Assembly: GCF_009834535.1 (NCBI RefSeq)
Contig: NC_045696.1
Location: 73,410,001 to 73,474,000, forward strand
Origin: Camelus ferus
Taxonomy: Eukaryota
Length of the DNA stretch: 64,000 bases
Reading direction: 5' to 3'
Of the stretch, positions 61,305-64,000 are shown piece by piece (within the stretch, counting starts at the first letter, position 1; every line of letters starts with the position of its first letter). The position numbers and the translations under genes were made by a program. The notes under the pieces were generated by a model that was not told where the DNA came from, made no database searches, and saw only the letters and a program-made list of their open reading frames with translations.

Positions 61305-64000
61305 CATCTTTGTGGCATTATATAATGATAAAAGTATCAATCCAAGAAGAGGTAACATTCATGAACATATATGCACCTAATATGGGAGCACCCGAGTATA
61401 TAAAGAAAATATTAACAGATATTACAGGAGAAATTGACAGTAATAAAATAATAGCAGGAGATTTAAAAACCCCCTTACATCAATGAATAGATCATCCAGA
61501 CAAAAAGAAATTCAATATGGAAACAGTGAAAAATACAAATATATGTACATATATGCATGACTGGGACATTGTGTTATACACCAGAGACTGCTACATTGTA
61601 ATTGGCTGTACTTCAGTTAAAAAAAAACACCTAAATATGGAAATAGTGGCCTTAAATGACACATTATAACAGCTGGACTTAATATATCTACAGGGCATTC
61701 CATCCCAAAATAGCAGAATACACATTCTTTTCAAGTGCACATGGAACATTCTCCAGAATAGATCACATGCTAGTGCACAAAACAAGTCTCAGCAAATTTA
61801 AAGACATAGAAATTATAAATTGTAAATTTTCCAACCACAACTGTATGAAGCCAGAAATCAATTACAGGAAGAAAAATGGAAAAAACATAAACACATGGAA
61901 ACTAAACAACATGCTACTAAAAAACCAATGGGTAAAAAAAAAAAATCAAAGAGAAAATCAGAAAATACCTTGAGACAAATGAAAATAAAATCAAAACTTT
62001 CTAAAATCTACAGACTCACCAAAAGCCACTTTTAAGAGTGAAGTTAATAGCTACACAGGCCTACCTCAAGAAACAAGAAAAATATCAAATAAACAATCTA
62101 ACCTACCATCTAAAGAAATTAGAAAAAAAGGAACAAAGCCCAGAGTCAACAGAAGGAAGGAAATAATAAAGATCAGAGCAGAAATAAATACAATAAAGAT
62201 CAGAAAAAAAAGTAGAAAAGATCAATGAGACTGAGGGATGTTTTTAAAAAAATATTAATAAAATGGATAAGCCTTTTTAGCCAGGCTCCTTAGCAGGCTC
62301 ATTAAGAAAAAAAGAGAGGACCCAAATAAACAAAATTAGAAGCAAAAGAGAAGTTACAACCAGTAGCACAAAAATACAATCATAAGAGAATACTACAAAT
62401 ACTATATGCCAACAAACTAGACAACCTCGGAGAAATGGATAAATTCCTAGAAATATACAATCTTCCAAGACTGAATCAGGAATATAGACAATCTGAACAT
62501 ATCAATCACTGGTAGTTAAATTGAATTAGTAATCAAAAAACTCCCAAAAAACAAAAGCCCAGAACTGATAGCTTTATAGGAGAATTCTACCAAACATATA
62601 AAGAGTTAATATCTATCCTTTTCAAACTATCCCAAAAAATTAAAGAGGAGGGAACACTTCCAAACTCATTCTATGAGGCCACCATTACCTTTTTTGATAC
62701 CAAAATCAAAGACACTACAGTAAAAGAAAATCATAGGCCAATATCTCTGATGAATATAGATGCAAAAATCCTCAACAAAGTATTAGCAAACCAAATTCAA
62801 TAATACATCAAAAAAATCATACACCATGATCCAGTGGGATTTATTCCAGGGATGTAAAAATGTTTCAATATCTACAAATAAATTGATGTGATACACCACA
62901 TTAACAAAATGAAGGACAAAAATCACATGATCGTCTCAATAAACATAGAAAAAGCATTTGACAAAATTCAACATCCATTCATGACAAAAACTCTCAGTAA
63001 AGTTGGTACAGAGGGAATATATCTCAATGTTAATAAAAGCCATTTATGACAAACCCACAGCTAACATCATACTCAACAGTGAAAAGCTGAAAGCTTTTCT
63101 TCTAAGATCTGGAACAAGACAAGGATGTCCACTCTCACCATTTCTATTTAACACAATATTGAAAGTCACAGCAATCAGACAAGAGGAACAAAAGGCATCC
63201 AAATTGTAAAGGAAGAAGTAAAACTGTCATATTTGCAGATGACATGATACTGTATCTAGAAAATCTTAAAGTCTCCACCAAAAAACTATTAGAACCAACA
63301 AATAAATTCAGTAAAGCTGTAGGATACAAGATTAATATACAGAAATCTGTTATAATTAACTATCAGAAAGAGAATTCAAGAAAATCCATTTATAATTGCA
63401 TCAAAAAGAATAAAATACCTAGGAATAAATCTAAGGAGGTCAAAGACCTGGGAACTACAAGACACTGATGAAGGGAATTGAAGACAATAGAGATAAATGG
63501 AAAGACAGCCCATATTCATAGCTTGAATAATATTTTTCAAATATTCATGCTACCCAAAGCCATCTACAGATTTAATGATGTCACTATCAAAATACCCATG
63601 ATATTTTTCACAGAACTAGAACAAATAATCCTAAAATCTGTATGGAACCACAAAAGTGAATAGCCAAAGCAATCTTGAGAATAAAGAACAAAGCCAGAGA
63701 TATTATGTTGCCTGACTTCAGACTATACTATAAAGCTACCATAATCTAAATAATACAGTACTGGCACAAAAACAAACAAATCAATGAAACAGGATAGAAA
63801 GTCCAGAAGTATACACGTGGCCACACACTCATGATCAATTAATTTATGACAGAGGAGGCAAGAATATACAATGGATAAAAGACAGTCTCTTCAATAAGTG
63901 GTGTTGGAAAAACTGGACAGTGACATGTAAAAGAATGAAATTAGAACATTGCCTAACACCATATACAAAAATAAACTTAAAATGGATTAAGACCTGGAAA
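61305..64000 (+). mobile_element. Decayed 5'-truncated LINE-1 (ORF2 endonuclease to RT and beyond); runs off the window end
   Basis: Starts in the endonuclease region ('ggcattatataatgataaaagtatcaatcc'). Track ORFs include [15 protein letters not shown] and [17 protein letters not shown]. Confidence 0.95.
61529..61633 (+). mobile_element. Short L1 3' end nested in the older L1
   Basis: 'atatgcatgactgggacattgtgttatacaccagag...ctgtacttcagttaaaaaaaa'. 15-bp TSD aatatggaaacagtg (61514-61528) / aatatggaaatagtg (61634-61648). Confidence 0.85.

Noticed and set aside
1..64000. Prokaryote-type systems (CRISPR, operons, defence islands) and remaining short ORFs
   Set aside because: The sequence is mammalian repeat-rich DNA. 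The remaining 60-115 aa ORFs overlap repeats or low-complexity tracts, or have no recognisable homology.

Overview
AT-rich, CpG-poor mammalian genomic DNA, most likely from a camelid: it carries five tRNA-Ala-derived SINEs of the Vic-1 type, plus young artiodactyl-type L1 3' ends. I recognise no host protein-coding exon, RNA gene, CpG island or promoter. Much of the window is transposon relic. This includes three long LINE-1 copies on the + strand (37.7-40.0 kb, 43.4-49.9 kb, 61.3 kb to the end), short L1 3' fragments, many MIR, L2 and CR1 fragments, two MLT1 LTRs, and hAT/Tigger DNA transposons. Several are nested, with readable target-site duplications (TSDs). The only ORFs in the supplied track that I can assign are decayed L1 ORF1/ORF2 pieces; the rest look like chance ORFs. 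L1 orientation and unassigned + strand poly(A) runs suggest a long intron of a minus-strand gene (inference only). The best leads are regulatory or splicing-related: a probable AmnSINE1 remnant (~22.7 kb), a divergent pair of CTCF-like motifs (32.9 and 33.4 kb), repeat-free motif-dense blocks (especially 56.0-56.5 kb), and a 146-nt minus-strand exon candidate (18012-18157). I see no convincing evidence of a novel multi-gene system. Repeat family names come from my recollection of consensus sequences, not a database search. Boundaries without TSDs are approximate.
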